Assembly: GCA_025453445.1 (NCBI GenBank)
Contig: JALOQJ010000003.1
Span: 23,369 to 87,368, forward strand
Direction: 5' to 3'
Source: Candidatus Omnitrophota bacterium
GTDB lineage: Bacteria; Omnitrophota; Gorgyraeia; Gygaellales; Profunditerraquicolaceae
Length of the DNA: 64,000 nucleotides
Shown: positions 46,388 to 56,892 of the stretch, piece by piece
How positions within the stretch are numbered: position 1 is the stretch's first letter
How the letters are laid out: every line of letters begins with the position of its first letter
Notes under the pieces: generated by a model
What the model was told of the DNA's origin: nothing
The model's database searches: none
What the model saw: the letters and a program-made list of their open reading frames with translations, nothing else
Position numbers and translations under genes: made by a program

Positions 46388-47656
46388 GTGTTAATAATTT
46401 ACGATTTAATATTTATTATTGTGGCTTTACTTTATTTGCCGGCATATTTATTGAAGAAGAAATTGCACCGTGGGTTCCTGATGCGTTTAGGTATCCTGCC
46501 AAAGGTACTGAAGTTGGACCGGCCAATCTGGGTGCATGCTGTCAGTGTAGGCGAAGCCATGGCTATCAGGGGCCTTCTTGAAGGTTTAAGAAAGGCGTAT
46601 CCTGCTAAAAAAATAGTGATTTCTACGGTAACTGCAACCGGAAATAAAATCGCCAAGAGCATTGCCCACGAAGGAGATTTTGTAACGTATCTTCCTTTGG
46701 ATCTGGGTTTTATCGTCAGAAAAACCATCGCTAAGATAAACCCGTCGTTATTTATTATTGCTGAAACGGAAATTTGGCCTAACTTAATCACTTGCCTTAA
46801 CCGTAAAAATGTTCCGGTGATCGTGGTAAACGGCAGGATCTCTGATCGTTCTTTTCAAGGCTATATGGCAGTGAAGTTTTTCCTCAAAGCCATATTGAAT
46901 AAGGTGAGCTTATTTTGCGTACAGTCTGAACGCGACAGCCAAAGATTAATTGATATGGGCGTACATTCCGATAAGGTAGCGGTTGCAGGGAATATGAAAT
47001 TTGATACCGCGGATTATACAGATATAAGAGTGACGGATTGCACAGATTTAAAAACCAAATTATGGCTTGATCCGGAAGGAAAATTAATTGTTGCCGGCAG
47101 CACCCATCCCGGAGAAGAAGAAATTATTTTGAGCGCCTATGAGAAATTATTGCCTGATTTTCCGGCAATCAGGCTGCTTATTGCCCCGCGTCATCCGGAA
47201 AGAGCAGATGAAGTAGCCGAAATTAGCGCAAAATACGGTTTTAGGCCGGCTTTTATCTCCTGGCTTGGAACTAAATGTGAAGTTTGCTCAAAGCCGCCGG
47301 TATTTATACTTGATACAATCGGTAAGCTGATGGATTTTTATGGGCTCGCTGATATTGTTTTTGTCGGCGGCAGCCTGATTAATAAAGGCGGGCATAATAT
47401 TTTAGAGCCGGCATCTTTAGCTAAACCTATTCTTTTTGGGCCGCAGATGTTTAATTTCCGGGATATCGCGGATTTATTCCTGGAAAACAATGCTTGTATT
47501 TTAGTGCGTAACGAAGAAGAAATCCGTAAAGCAATCAGGGATTTATTGGGAAATCCTGCTAAAATGGCTACTTTAGGCCAGAGAGCACAGGGTTTAATTG
47601 TAGAAAATCAGGGCGCTACCCGGCGCACACTGGAGTTAATCAAGCAATATGCTTAA
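46388..47656 (+). CDS. waaA: 3-deoxy-D-manno-octulosonic acid (Kdo) transferase
   Basis: N-terminal TM helix, PIWVHAVSVGE motif, GT30 family. GTG start at 46388 is uncertain. Confidence 0.8.
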   Translation: MLIIYDLIFIIVALLYLPAYLLKKKLHRGFLMRLGILPKVLKLDRPIWVHAVSVGEAMAIRGLLEGLRKAYPAKKIVISTVTATGNKIAKSIAHEGDFVTYLPLDLGFIVRKTIAKINPSLFIIAETEIWPNLITCLNRKNVPVIVVNGRISDRSFQGYMAVKFFLKAILNKVSLFCVQSERDSQRLIDMGVHSDKVAVAGNMKFDTADYTDIRVTDCTDLKTKLWLDPEGKLIVAGSTHPGEEEIILSAYEKLLPDFPAIRLLIAPRHPERADEVAEISAKYGFRPAFISWLGTKCEVCSKPPVFILDTIGKLMDFYGLADIVFVGGSLINKGGHNILEPASLAKPILFGPQMFNFRDIADLFLENNACILVRNEEEIRKAIRDLLGNPAKMATLGQRAQGLIVENQGATRRTLELIKQYA

Positions 47657-48056
47657 AAAAATTACTACAAAAAATTTCCGGCCTTTTGGCCGGGTAATCG
47701 AATACCCTGCTAAGGGGTTAAAAAATAAAAAGACCAACCTTTTTTGTATTGTGCTTACTGAATCGCAGCCGCGGGGATGGCGGATTGCATATCTGGTGGT
47801 AAGGGATAAGGCAATTGATAAATTAGAGCGCCATCCTGATACTTATGAAAGTTTCGAACCGGTTTCCGGGAAAACCATCCTTTATCTGGCAAGGCCAGGG
47901 ATCCCTTCCAAAGTCGAATCTTTTATCCTTGATAAGCCGGTTATTCTGAATAAAGGCGTCTGGCATGGAGTGGTAACTTTAAGCAATGAATCCGAGATAA
48001 AAATCACTGAAAATGCTAGGGTTAAGTCTGATTTCCGCAATCTTCCTTCCCGATAA
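47649..48056 (+). CDS. Hypothetical protein
   Basis: 135-aa ORF overlapping the waaA stop. No motif recognised. Confidence 0.45.
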   Translation: MLKKITTKNFRPFGRVIEYPAKGLKNKKTNLFCIVLTESQPRGWRIAYLVVRDKAIDKLERHPDTYESFEPVSGKTILYLARPGIPSKVESFILDKPVILNKGVWHGVVTLSNESEIKITENARVKSDFRNLPSR

Positions 48057-48100
48057 ATTTTAAAGACAACGGTTATAATTTCTGCTATAATATTTTCCCT

Positions 48101-48823
48101 ATGGAGATCAGAGCCCGGTCAAAAGACAACCTTGTGATTTTAGATTTATCCGGCAGAATTGACGTTAATTCTGCCAATTTAATCGAAGCCATTGGCCAGT
48201 GTTTGCGCGATGGTTACAGCGATATTCTCTGTAATTTTGAGGAGATTGAGTTTATTGATTACATGGGGATTTCAGCAATTGTTCTTGCCTATAAGGAAGT
48301 GATAAATAATAGCGGCAGAATTAAATTTACCAATATTCCGGCGCATTTAAAAAATTTATTCTCGGTAACCGGCCTGGACAGGTCCATTGATATTTACGCA
48401 GAAGAGGATTTAGCGGTCAATAGTTTTAAAGAAGATAAGGTAATCGAAAATATCCAGAAAATGCAGCTGCGCCGCCGCTTCAAGCGCCTGCCCATAGATA
48501 TTAAAATTGAGTTAAAAAATAAATACGCTACACCGGCACACTGCCTGAAAATGGATATTTTAAACCTCAGTGCTATCGGGGCTTATATCTATGGCTGCGA
48601 TCAATTTAAGTTAGGCGATGAAGTAATTTTAAAATTCAAGCTTCCTCCCCTGCAGGAGGAGATGGAGATTGAAGCAAAAGTTGTCTGGCTTTCAGATAAG
48701 CAGGTTCAACCGCATATTCATCCTGGCATTGCCGTGGAATTCAGCCATATGCCCGCAGCTACTCAAAGTAAATTGCTTGAATTTATTGAACGTAACCTCT
48801 CGTTTATGTCCAGCGGCGATTAA
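48101..48823 (+). CDS. STAS (anti-sigma-factor antagonist-like) domain fused to PilZ domain
   Basis: N-terminal STAS (LVILDLSGRID...). C-terminal PilZ motifs RRRFKRLP (RxxxR) and DILNLSAIGAYIYG (DxSxxG). Confidence 0.6.
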   Translation: MEIRARSKDNLVILDLSGRIDVNSANLIEAIGQCLRDGYSDILCNFEEIEFIDYMGISAIVLAYKEVINNSGRIKFTNIPAHLKNLFSVTGLDRSIDIYAEEDLAVNSFKEDKVIENIQKMQLRRRFKRLPIDIKIELKNKYATPAHCLKMDILNLSAIGAYIYGCDQFKLGDEVILKFKLPPLQEEMEIEAKVVWLSDKQVQPHIHPGIAVEFSHMPAATQSKLLEFIERNLSFMSSGD

Positions 48824-48856
48824 TCATCAAAGACAAGGCAGGTATGATTTAGAAAT

Positions 48857-49930
48857 ATGCGCGAATTTCTCTATAATTTAGCTACGGATAAAAGCCAGGG
48901 CTTTTTGGCGGAAGCTGCCAAAATGGGCCTATTTTTTCTCTCATTAATTTACGGTTTAATTGTCAGAGTGCTGGCTGTTTTTTACGGGTTAAAACCGTAT
49001 TCTGCAGGCTGCAAGGTTATCAGCGTCGGTAATATTACTTTGGGCGGCACGGGAAAGACTGTTTTGGTTGAACATATTGCCAGGTTCCTGAAAGGCCAGG
49101 GCCGCGCAATTGCAATTCTTAGCCGCGGCTATAAAAGAAATTTAAAGACTTATGACTTAAAGCTTACGGCATTTGAAAATATGGGCGATGAGCCGTGTAT
49201 GCTGCAGTCTAAGTTAACCGGTATTCCGATTATCGTGGATGCGGACAGGATGCAGGGAGCAAAAAAAGCAGTGCGCGACTATGCTGTGGATACTGTAATA
49301 CTGGATGATGGGTTTCAGCAGTGGAAGATAAAAAAAGACCTCGATATCGTAACCATTGATGCAACGGATCCTTTCGGCAATCAACAGGTGTTGCCGCGGG
49401 GGATTTTACGCGAGCCTCTTTCGTCTTTGAAGCGTGCAGGAATTTTCGTTTTAACTAAAACCAACCTTAATCCTAATATTGAAGATATTGTAGAATTTTT
49501 ACAGGAAATTAATCCGCAGGCGTTAATCGTGGAATCAGCACATCAGCCGCGTTGTATTTTTAAGCTGGGCAATCGTGAGGAAGTTTTTGATTTAAGCCTG
49601 CTAAAAGGCAAAACCATAGCTTTATTTTGCGGTATCGGAGACCCGGATTCTTTTGAGAATCTGTCGTTAGGTTTAGGCGCGCGGATTGGGTTATCGAAGC
49701 AATTCTCCGATCATCACAATTATTCCCGTCAGGATCTGGAAAATATTATCCGGCAGGCAGAGGAAGAAGGTATTGATACGATTGTTACTACTGAAAAAGA
49801 TGCTGTACGCCTTAACGGGCAGGGGTTTGAGGGGTTAAAGATACAGATACTGGTGTTGCATATTGAGCTGAAGATTACTAAAAATGAAGAAGGATTATAT
49901 ACTCGATTACGTCAGTTGTATAATTTTTAG
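48857..49930 (+). CDS. lpxK: Tetraacyldisaccharide 4'-kinase
   Basis: VISVGNITLGGTGKT P-loop. Confidence 0.8.
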   Translation: MREFLYNLATDKSQGFLAEAAKMGLFFLSLIYGLIVRVLAVFYGLKPYSAGCKVISVGNITLGGTGKTVLVEHIARFLKGQGRAIAILSRGYKRNLKTYDLKLTAFENMGDEPCMLQSKLTGIPIIVDADRMQGAKKAVRDYAVDTVILDDGFQQWKIKKDLDIVTIDATDPFGNQQVLPRGILREPLSSLKRAGIFVLTKTNLNPNIEDIVEFLQEINPQALIVESAHQPRCIFKLGNREEVFDLSLLKGKTIALFCGIGDPDSFENLSLGLGARIGLSKQFSDHHNYSRQDLENIIRQAEEEGIDTIVTTEKDAVRLNGQGFEGLKIQILVLHIELKITKNEEGLYTRLRQLYNF

Positions 49931-51821
49931 GCTGTTTGGCCCGGTAGTTAGGGCATTGCCTTTGAAGTTCAGCCTATTTCTTGGCAGGGTTATCGGATGC
50001 TGCCTGTATTTTTTTGATTTTAAACATCGGGCTATTTCCTATTCCAATATCAGGCAGGCATTTGCCGGGGAATTATCGCCTGCCGAGATTTCGGCGATGA
50101 ACAAAAAGTTTTACAAGAATTTCGGCCAGAATGTAATTGAAGTATTTCTTATTCCGATAGTTAAAAAGAAATACTTCAATAAGTATATTACTGTTGACGG
50201 TAAAGAACATACTTATGAAGCTTTTAAGCAGGGTAAGGGAGTAATTCTGGCTGCTTTTCATGCCGGTAATTGGGAACTCTCGAATATCGTCTGCGCTAAC
50301 TTAGGGTTTAGTTTCAGCCTGTTTGTGCGCGAGCAGCAGCTTGTCCGTTTAAACGAGTTGCTGAATTCTCTGCGTTGCGCCCAGGGTTATAAGATTATTC
50401 AGAGAGGGAATCAGGTCCGCGGTTTAGTTGAGGCACTGAAAAAAAATGAAGCAGTAGGAATGACTGTAGATCAGGGTGGTAAAACCGGAGAATTGGTTAA
50501 ATTTTTTGGCAAGGAAGCTTCTATGGCTACCGGTGCGGTGAAGCTCGCCTTAAAATATGGTGCGGTTATTTTGCCGGCTTATTATACGCGTATCAATGGC
50601 CCTTATCAGAAGGTAATTATTGGCGAAGCATTTCCGATTAATCAGGAGAAAAGCGTAAAAGAAAATTTACAGAGGCTTGTTTCTGTTTTTGAGAAAATTA
50701 TCCGGCAATATCCACATGAATACTACTGGCCGTATAAAATCTGGAAATACACAAAAGAGAAAAATATTTTAATTTTAAGCGATGGTAAAGCCGGGCATCT
50801 CAGGCAGTCTCAGGCAGTTGCTGTTATCGTAAAAAAAACCCTGGAGGCATGGGGAGTCAAAACCAGCCTTGAGTTATTGCAGATAGAATTTAAGAATAAA
50901 TTTTCCCGGCATCTTTTGGCTTGCACAGGATGTTTAAGTGGGAAATACAGCTGTAAGGGTTGCCTGTGGTGCTTAAGAAATAGCCTGCAAAATAACACTT
51001 ATCAGGCTTTGCTTAGGCAAAAACCGGATATTGTGATTTCCTGCGGCGCAGGTTTAGCTGCTGTCAACCGCCTGCTTGCAAAAGAAAGCCTCGCTAAATC
51101 GATTGTTCTGATGAAGCCGTCTATTTTAAGCACAAAAAAATTTGATCTGGTAATTATGCCGCGGCATGACCAGCCGCCAAAGAGAAAAAATGTCCTTATT
51201 ACGGAAGGCGCGCTGAATTTAATAGACGAAAATTATCTGCGAGAAGAAGCTAAGGAAATGAAAAATTTTATATCACCTGGTTTGCAGACGGCAGCAATTT
51301 ACATCGGGTTATTAATCGGAGGGGATACCAAGAAATTTCATTTGAACCCGCAGGCAGTTAAGGGAATAGTCAGGCAGGTAAAGTCCATTGCCGAAGGTAA
51401 TAACGCCGCTATTCTGGCAACGACTTCCCGCAGGACTTCCCCGGCAATAGAGAATATGTTGAAGAGCGAGCTGAAAAATTTCCCGCTTTGCCATTCGTTG
51501 ATTACTGCCAATGAAAAAAACCCTTCTTTTTCCGTAGGGGGGATACTGGGATTATCGGAGATTATCGTGGTTTCTCCTGAAAGTATATCCATGGTTTCTG
51601 AAGCATCAACCAGCGGGAAATATGTCGTTGTATTTGATGATGCGGATTTAGATAGAAAACATCGCAGGTTCCTGAAATATTTCGCCGAGAAAAAATATAT
51701 TTATCTTATCAAGCCGCAGGAGCTGGAGGAGCAAATAGCATATTTGAGATTAAACAAGCCAAAGATAAATGTTTTAAACGACAGAGAGCTTATTACTGAA
51801 GCGATTAAAAAAATACTATGA
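49884..51821 (+). CDS. Lipid A late acyltransferase (LpxL/HtrB-like) fused to a C-terminal ELM1/DUF1022-like domain
   Basis: N-terminal ~290 aa of LPLAT family with the AFHAGNWE motif. C-terminal ~350 aa resemble the Mito_fiss_Elm1-type domain (ILILSDGKAGHLRQSQAVA...). Confidence 0.6.
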   Translation: MKKDYILDYVSCIIFRLFGPVVRALPLKFSLFLGRVIGCCLYFFDFKHRAISYSNIRQAFAGELSPAEISAMNKKFYKNFGQNVIEVFLIPIVKKKYFNKYITVDGKEHTYEAFKQGKGVILAAFHAGNWELSNIVCANLGFSFSLFVREQQLVRLNELLNSLRCAQGYKIIQRGNQVRGLVEALKKNEAVGMTVDQGGKTGELVKFFGKEASMATGAVKLALKYGAVILPAYYTRINGPYQKVIIGEAFPINQEKSVKENLQRLVSVFEKIIRQYPHEYYWPYKIWKYTKEKNILILSDGKAGHLRQSQAVAVIVKKTLEAWGVKTSLELLQIEFKNKFSRHLLACTGCLSGKYSCKGCLWCLRNSLQNNTYQALLRQKPDIVISCGAGLAAVNRLLAKESLAKSIVLMKPSILSTKKFDLVIMPRHDQPPKRKNVLITEGALNLIDENYLREEAKEMKNFISPGLQTAAIYIGLLIGGDTKKFHLNPQAVKGIVRQVKSIAEGNNAAILATTSRRTSPAIENMLKSELKNFPLCHSLITANEKNPSFSVGGILGLSEIIVVSPESISMVSEASTSGKYVVVFDDADLDRKHRRFLKYFAEKKYIYLIKPQELEEQIAYLRLNKPKINVLNDRELITEAIKKIL

Positions 51822-51900
51822 ACCCTGCCCTTCCTAAAAATTATTACATGCTAGTAAAATTAAAGGATGGAAGGGGTATGATTAAGGAAGGAAGGGCGGG
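51822..51900. repeat. GAAGGGCGGGG-family inverted repeats (CCCTGCCCTTCC ... GGAAGGGCGGGGTG)
   Basis: Left arm at 51825-51836. Right arm at 51883-51897 overlaps the GTG start of the next gene. A degenerate middle copy GGAAGGGGTATG is also present. Confidence 0.45.
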
Positions 51901-53991
51901 GTGAACATCCTGCAAATTTTACCAGAGCTACGCGTTGGCGGAGTAGAAACCGGTACAGTTGATTTGGCCCGTCATTTGGTCAAGCTGGGGCATAAAGCAG
52001 TGGTAATTTCTGCCGGCGGAGAGCTGGTAAAGGAACTGGAAGCTGCCGGTGTCTCGCATTATCAGCTGCCTGTGCATAAGAAATCGTTCTTTACCATGCT
52101 GAAGATGATTCCGGCGATTGCCTCGATTATTATTAAGGAAAATATAGATATTGTGCATGCGCGTTCGCGGGTGCCGGCATGGAGCGCTTATTTTGCCAGC
52201 CGTCGGACTGGAAAGGTGTTTATTACCACCTGTCATGGTTTTTATAATAAACAGCCCTTTAGCTATGTTATGGGCTGGGGCAGGAAGGTAATTGCTCCTA
52301 GTAATGTAATTGCCCGGCACATGATTGATGACTTTGGAGTGCCTCATGAACGGATCAGTTTAGTGCCGCGCAGCGTAGATCTCTCAAGGTTCAGGTATAC
52401 CAATCCCGATGAAAAAAGAAAAGAAGAATTTAACGTTGGTATTATTGGCAGGGTTACTCCGATTAAAGGGCATTTGCATTTTATCAAGGCTATGCATAAG
52501 GCCTCTAAAAGCATCCCGCGCCTAAAAATATGGATAGTTGGAGATGCGCCTTCTTCTAAAGAGGCTTACAAAGAACAATTACAAGTTTTAATCAAGCGCC
52601 TCGGGCTTTGGCACAATACAGAATTCCTCGGTACACAGCGGGATATTCCGGCGATACTGACTCATCTGGATCTTTTAGTAATGGCAACGACTACACAGGA
52701 GGCATTCGGTCGCGTAGTGATCGAAGCACAGGCAGCAGGAGTGCCGGTTGTGGCAACAAAAGTCGGAGGAGTGATTGATGTTATTGAGGACGGTAGGACC
52801 GGGCTTTTAGTCCCTGCTGCAGACCCACAAAGCATGAGCGAAGCAGTAGTGAAGATTTTTAAGGATAAATCTCTGGCGCGCCGGCTTGCCGAAGAAGCAG
52901 TAAAAAACGTGGGCGAAAAATATAACCTGGATTTAATGGTTAAAAATACGCTGAAGGTTTATGAAGGCGCCCTGAAGAACCATAAGATTATGGTGATTAA
53001 ATTCAGTTCTGCCGGAGATGTAATTCTTTCTACTGCGGCAATCAGGGCAATCAGGGAAAAGTTTAATCACAGCTATAAGATTAGTTTTCTTACCGGGGAA
53101 GGGTCAAAAGATGTTTTATTAAGATGCCCTTATATTGATGAATTATTAGTATGCGACTTAAAAAATAAAGATAAAGGTTTTAAAGGCCTGATTAAGTGGG
53201 GAGCGATCTTAAGAAAGAAAGATTTTGATATTGTTATTGACCTGCAAAATAACCGTAAAAGCCATATCTTGGCAGCCTTAAGCCTGGCCCTGGATCGCTA
53301 CGGTTATGATAATAAAAAATTCGGCTTCCTGCTTAATCACCGGATTAGAGATGATAAACCGTTAATCAGCCCTTTGGAACATCAATTCAAGATATTGAAG
53401 ATGCTGGGTATCGAATCACAGGATCATCAGCTGGAATTGTGGCAATCAGGCGATGATATGAGCTATATAGAGGAATTACTTGGCGCAGAGTGGTTAAGTG
53501 CCAATTCAAAACTCGTTGGAATCAATATCAGTGCCAGCCCGCGTTGGCTGACTAAAAATTTAACTTTAGCGCAGCTGGAGAAGCTTTGCGCAGGGCTGGG
53601 AGGTAAGGATATGCGTATTGTGCTTACCGGCATAGAAAAAGATTCTGCAACTGCCGAAATTCTTGCCAATGCCCTAAAAAATATAAAATTAATTAATCTT
53701 TGCGGTAAAACTACGATTAATCAGCTTGCTTGTTTGATAAAAAAATGCAGTGTATATATCTCTTCTGATTCAGCGCCCATGCATATTGCAAGTGCTGTGC
53801 GATCGCCGTTTGTGGCGTTATTCGGCCCGACAGATCCCCGCCGGCACCTGCCACCGGCAAAGAATTTCGTGATGATCAGAAAAGATTTAGCCTGCAGCCC
53901 GTGCTATAAACCTAAATGTAAAACCAATGAATGCATGAAAACAATAGCCGTAGACGAGATATTAGAAGCAGTAGATAAATTGTTAAAATAA
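51901..53991 (+). CDS. Fusion of a GT4 glycosyltransferase and a GT9 (heptosyltransferase-like) domain
   Basis: N-terminal GT4 (EAFGRVVIEAQAAGVPVVATKVGG). C-terminal GT9 (IMVIKFSSAGDVILSTAAIRAI). GTG start. Confidence 0.7.
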   Translation: MNILQILPELRVGGVETGTVDLARHLVKLGHKAVVISAGGELVKELEAAGVSHYQLPVHKKSFFTMLKMIPAIASIIIKENIDIVHARSRVPAWSAYFASRRTGKVFITTCHGFYNKQPFSYVMGWGRKVIAPSNVIARHMIDDFGVPHERISLVPRSVDLSRFRYTNPDEKRKEEFNVGIIGRVTPIKGHLHFIKAMHKASKSIPRLKIWIVGDAPSSKEAYKEQLQVLIKRLGLWHNTEFLGTQRDIPAILTHLDLLVMATTTQEAFGRVVIEAQAAGVPVVATKVGGVIDVIEDGRTGLLVPAADPQSMSEAVVKIFKDKSLARRLAEEAVKNVGEKYNLDLMVKNTLKVYEGALKNHKIMVIKFSSAGDVILSTAAIRAIREKFNHSYKISFLTGEGSKDVLLRCPYIDELLVCDLKNKDKGFKGLIKWGAILRKKDFDIVIDLQNNRKSHILAALSLALDRYGYDNKKFGFLLNHRIRDDKPLISPLEHQFKILKMLGIESQDHQLELWQSGDDMSYIEELLGAEWLSANSKLVGINISASPRWLTKNLTLAQLEKLCAGLGGKDMRIVLTGIEKDSATAEILANALKNIKLINLCGKTTINQLACLIKKCSVYISSDSAPMHIASAVRSPFVALFGPTDPRRHLPPAKNFVMIRKDLACSPCYKPKCKTNECMKTIAVDEILEAVDKLLK

Positions 53992-54000
53992 AAATTAAAA

Positions 54001-55098
54001 ATGAATATTTTATTATTAAGCAATCACCTTAATGTCGGCGGGATTTCCAGCTATATTCTGACCTTAGCAAAAGGCCTGCAGAACAAGGGCCATAAAGTTT
54101 ATGTTGCTTCTGGTGCAGGTGAATTACTGGTGCGTTTAAAAGATGAAGGCATAATTCATATCCCCGTACCATTAAAGACTAAGGCAGAGATAAGCCCGAA
54201 TGTTTTAATCAGTTTTTTCAAATTATTGCCTGAGATGAAGAAAAAAAATATTGATATTATCCATGCCAATACACGGGTAACTCAGGTATTAAGCTGTTTC
54301 TTGAGCCGGTATTCAGGTGCGCCGTTTATTTCTACCTGCCACGGATTTTTTAAAAAAAGGTTGTTCCGGAAGATCTTATCCTGCTGGGGAGAGAGGGTAA
54401 TTGCTATCAGTGAACAGGTAAAAGAGCATTTGGTAAATGATTTTGGAGTTCAGAAAAATAGAATCAGGCTCGTTCATAATGGTATAGATTTAACTAAATT
54501 CAGCCCTCAGCTTTCAGCCTTCAGCTTTCAGCAAAAGAAAGATTTTGCTTTAAGCGACGGCCCGGTTATCGGGATTGTTGCCAGGCTCTCCGATGTTAAA
54601 GGGCATATTTACCTGATTCAGGCAATGAAAATGGTCTTAGAAAAAATTCCTTCAGCGCAACTGGTTATTGTCGGCGAGGGTAAGATTAAAGATAGCCTGG
54701 TCAAATTAAGCCGGGAACTTTGCATTGAGAAAAGCATGAAATTTATTCCCAATGTAATGGATACAAGGGGTATTTTATCGGTTATTGATTTATTTGTCCT
54801 GCCTTCTTTAAAAGAAGGGCTGGGCCTGAGCCTGATGGAGGCAATGAGCATGGGCAAAGCAGTGGTTGGCTCGAATATCGGCGGAATAAAAAGCCTGATT
54901 CAGCACAGGGTAAACGGGCTCTTGGTTGAACCTGCTAATCCTGAACAGTTAGCTTTAGCAATAATTGAGCTTCTGCAGGATGCAGCAAAAAGAGAATTAT
55001 TCGGCCAAAGGGCATTGGAATTTATCGCCGGAAATTTTTCTCAAAGTGACATGATTTCTAAGACGGAAGAGGTTTATCAGGAATGCGTAAAGCGCTGA
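54001..55098 (+). CDS. GT4-family glycosyltransferase
   Basis: EGLGLSLMEAMSMGKAVVGSNIGG. Contains an in-frame heptamer-repeat insertion. Confidence 0.8.
   Translation: MNILLLSNHLNVGGISSYILTLAKGLQNKGHKVYVASGAGELLVRLKDEGIIHIPVPLKTKAEISPNVLISFFKLLPEMKKKNIDIIHANTRVTQVLSCFLSRYSGAPFISTCHGFFKKRLFRKILSCWGERVIAISEQVKEHLVNDFGVQKNRIRLVHNGIDLTKFSPQLSAFSFQQKKDFALSDGPVIGIVARLSDVKGHIYLIQAMKMVLEKIPSAQLVIVGEGKIKDSLVKLSRELCIEKSMKFIPNVMDTRGILSVIDLFVLPSLKEGLGLSLMEAMSMGKAVVGSNIGGIKSLIQHRVNGLLVEPANPEQLALAIIELLQDAAKRELFGQRALEFIAGNFSQSDMISKTEEVYQECVKR
54498..54532. repeat. Tandem heptamer array YTCAGCY x5 in-frame inside the GT4 gene
   Basis: attcagc cctcagc tttcagc cttcagc tttcagc, encoding SPQLSAFSFQQ. Confidence 0.8.
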
Positions 55099-55877
55099 TT
55101 TTGTTTCTTGTTCTGCTAGTTGTACTTTTATCGCTGGGCATCTTTTTTAAAGATAAATATGTCCTGCCGATACTGATGTATCATATGGTTTACCCCCAAG
55201 CTGAAGCACGGTACCGGCCGGCAGTGCGGGATGTAACTTTTGCCCGTCAGATGAAGTTTTTAAAAACTTTCCGTTATAATGTAATCCCTCTTGAAAAAGC
55301 TATGCAATTAATCCGAGAAAAAAAGAAAATCCCTCCTCGTACGGTTGTGCTTACCTTTGACGATGGATATAGGGATAACCTTATTTATGCTCTGCCGATA
55401 CTGAAAAAATATAATTTCCCGGCAACAATATTTATCATTGTTGATGAAGTGGAGAAAAATCCGCAAAAGCTTACCTGGGCAGATATAAAAGTTATGCAAA
55501 ATTCAGGATTGATTTCCTTTGGCAGCCATTGCTTGGGTGCCGAGCCTTTAGTAAATATAAGATCAGTTGATGAAATAAAAAGGCAGATATTTGAATCAAA
55601 GAAGATACTGGAGGAAAAATTAGGTAGAGAAGTCAAATTATTCAGCTATCCCGAGGGAATGTTTAATGATAAGATAAGGCAGCTGGTAATAGATGCCGGT
55701 TATTCCGGGGCTGTAACTACCAATCCCGGGAAACATTATTCCAGCGATGATGTTTTTGCTTTAAAAAGATTAAGGATCTCCGAAAATGCCGCTAATTTGT
55801 TTATCTTTGCCGTTGAGTCATCAGGTTACTATACTTTTATGAAAGAAAATAAGAGGAAGAAGCATGGAAAAAAATAA
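55083..55877 (+). CDS. Polysaccharide deacetylase (NodB-homology)
   Basis: VLTFDDGYRDN motif. Confidence 0.8.
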   Translation: MRKALILFLVLLVVLLSLGIFFKDKYVLPILMYHMVYPQAEARYRPAVRDVTFARQMKFLKTFRYNVIPLEKAMQLIREKKKIPPRTVVLTFDDGYRDNLIYALPILKKYNFPATIFIIVDEVEKNPQKLTWADIKVMQNSGLISFGSHCLGAEPLVNIRSVDEIKRQIFESKKILEEKLGREVKLFSYPEGMFNDKIRQLVIDAGYSGAVTTNPGKHYSSDDVFALKRLRISENAANLFIFAVESSGYYTFMKENKRKKHGKK

Positions 55878-56892
55878 ACGTATCCTGATTTTTAATGTAA
55901 ACTGGATTGGCGATGTATTGTTTTCTACGGCGGTGTTAAGGAATATCCGGCGCAATTATCCCGGCAGCTTTATTGCCTGTATTATCCCGGGGCGCTGTTA
56001 CCCGGTACTTAAGGGTAACCCGCATCTGGATGAAGTAATTATTTTTGACGAGCACGACCGGCATAAGAATGTTTTTTCGAAGTTTTCTTTTGTCCAGCTT
56101 CTGAAACGTAAACGTTTTGATACGGCAATCCTCTTGCATGGCTCGCTGACCCGCGCGCTGATTTGTAAACTGGCGGATATTCCGGAGATTATCGGATACA
56201 ATACCAAGAAGCGGGGATGGCTCTTAAGCAAAAAAATCCCGTTGCCGGCTAAAGATGCGCTGCACCGCATAGATTTTTACTTAAATATCATTGAAAAGGC
56301 GGGCTTAAGAGTAGAAGACAGGTATCTTGAGTTTTTTATTTCCGAAGATGATGAGAAATTTACTATAGAATTTCTGGATAAGCAGGGGATAGCCAGAAAC
56401 GAAACCATTATCGGCATTAACACCGGAGGTAACTGGCTGCCGAAACGCTGGCCGAAAGAATACTGGATGAAACTCATCCAGTTGATTCAGAATGAGCTTG
56501 GATTAAAAGTAGTCATCAGTGGAGGGCATCAGGATCTGACTTTGGCAAGGAAAATCAGCGAGCAATTACAAGACAAGCCGTTGATTACCTGCGGCTTGCT
56601 GAATTTAAAGCAGTCGGCCGCGCTTTTAAAAAGGCTGGACTTATTTATTTCCGGAGATAGCGGCCCTTTGCATATTGCTAATACTGTGGGGACAAAAAAA
56701 ATTATTGCTCTCTTTGGCCCGACACATTCTTCTATCACTGGACCGTTTCCCGCGAAAAATGTGACTATACTACAGAAAGATGTGGGTTGCAAGGTTCCTT
56801 GCTATGAGGTGAATTGCGAAGATAACCGCTGTATGAAGGCAATTACGCCGGAAGAAGTTTTGGGCCAAATAAAAATGTCATTGAATGAATAA
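55864..56892 (+). CDS. GT9 glycosyltransferase (heptosyltransferase WaaC/WaaF-like)
   Basis: RILIFNVNWIGDVLFSTAVLRNI N-terminal motif. 342 aa. Confidence 0.8.
   Translation: MEKNKRILIFNVNWIGDVLFSTAVLRNIRRNYPGSFIACIIPGRCYPVLKGNPHLDEVIIFDEHDRHKNVFSKFSFVQLLKRKRFDTAILLHGSLTRALICKLADIPEIIGYNTKKRGWLLSKKIPLPAKDALHRIDFYLNIIEKAGLRVEDRYLEFFISEDDEKFTIEFLDKQGIARNETIIGINTGGNWLPKRWPKEYWMKLIQLIQNELGLKVVISGGHQDLTLARKISEQLQDKPLITCGLLNLKQSAALLKRLDLFISGDSGPLHIANTVGTKKIIALFGPTHSSITGPFPAKNVTILQKDVGCKVPCYEVNCEDNRCMKAITPEEVLGQIKMSLNE

Noticed and set aside
46378-46581. ORF 46378..46581(+) and 46432..46791(-) at the waaA 5' end
   Set aside because: They overlap the waaA frame, which has the conserved VHAVSVGE motif, and lack features.
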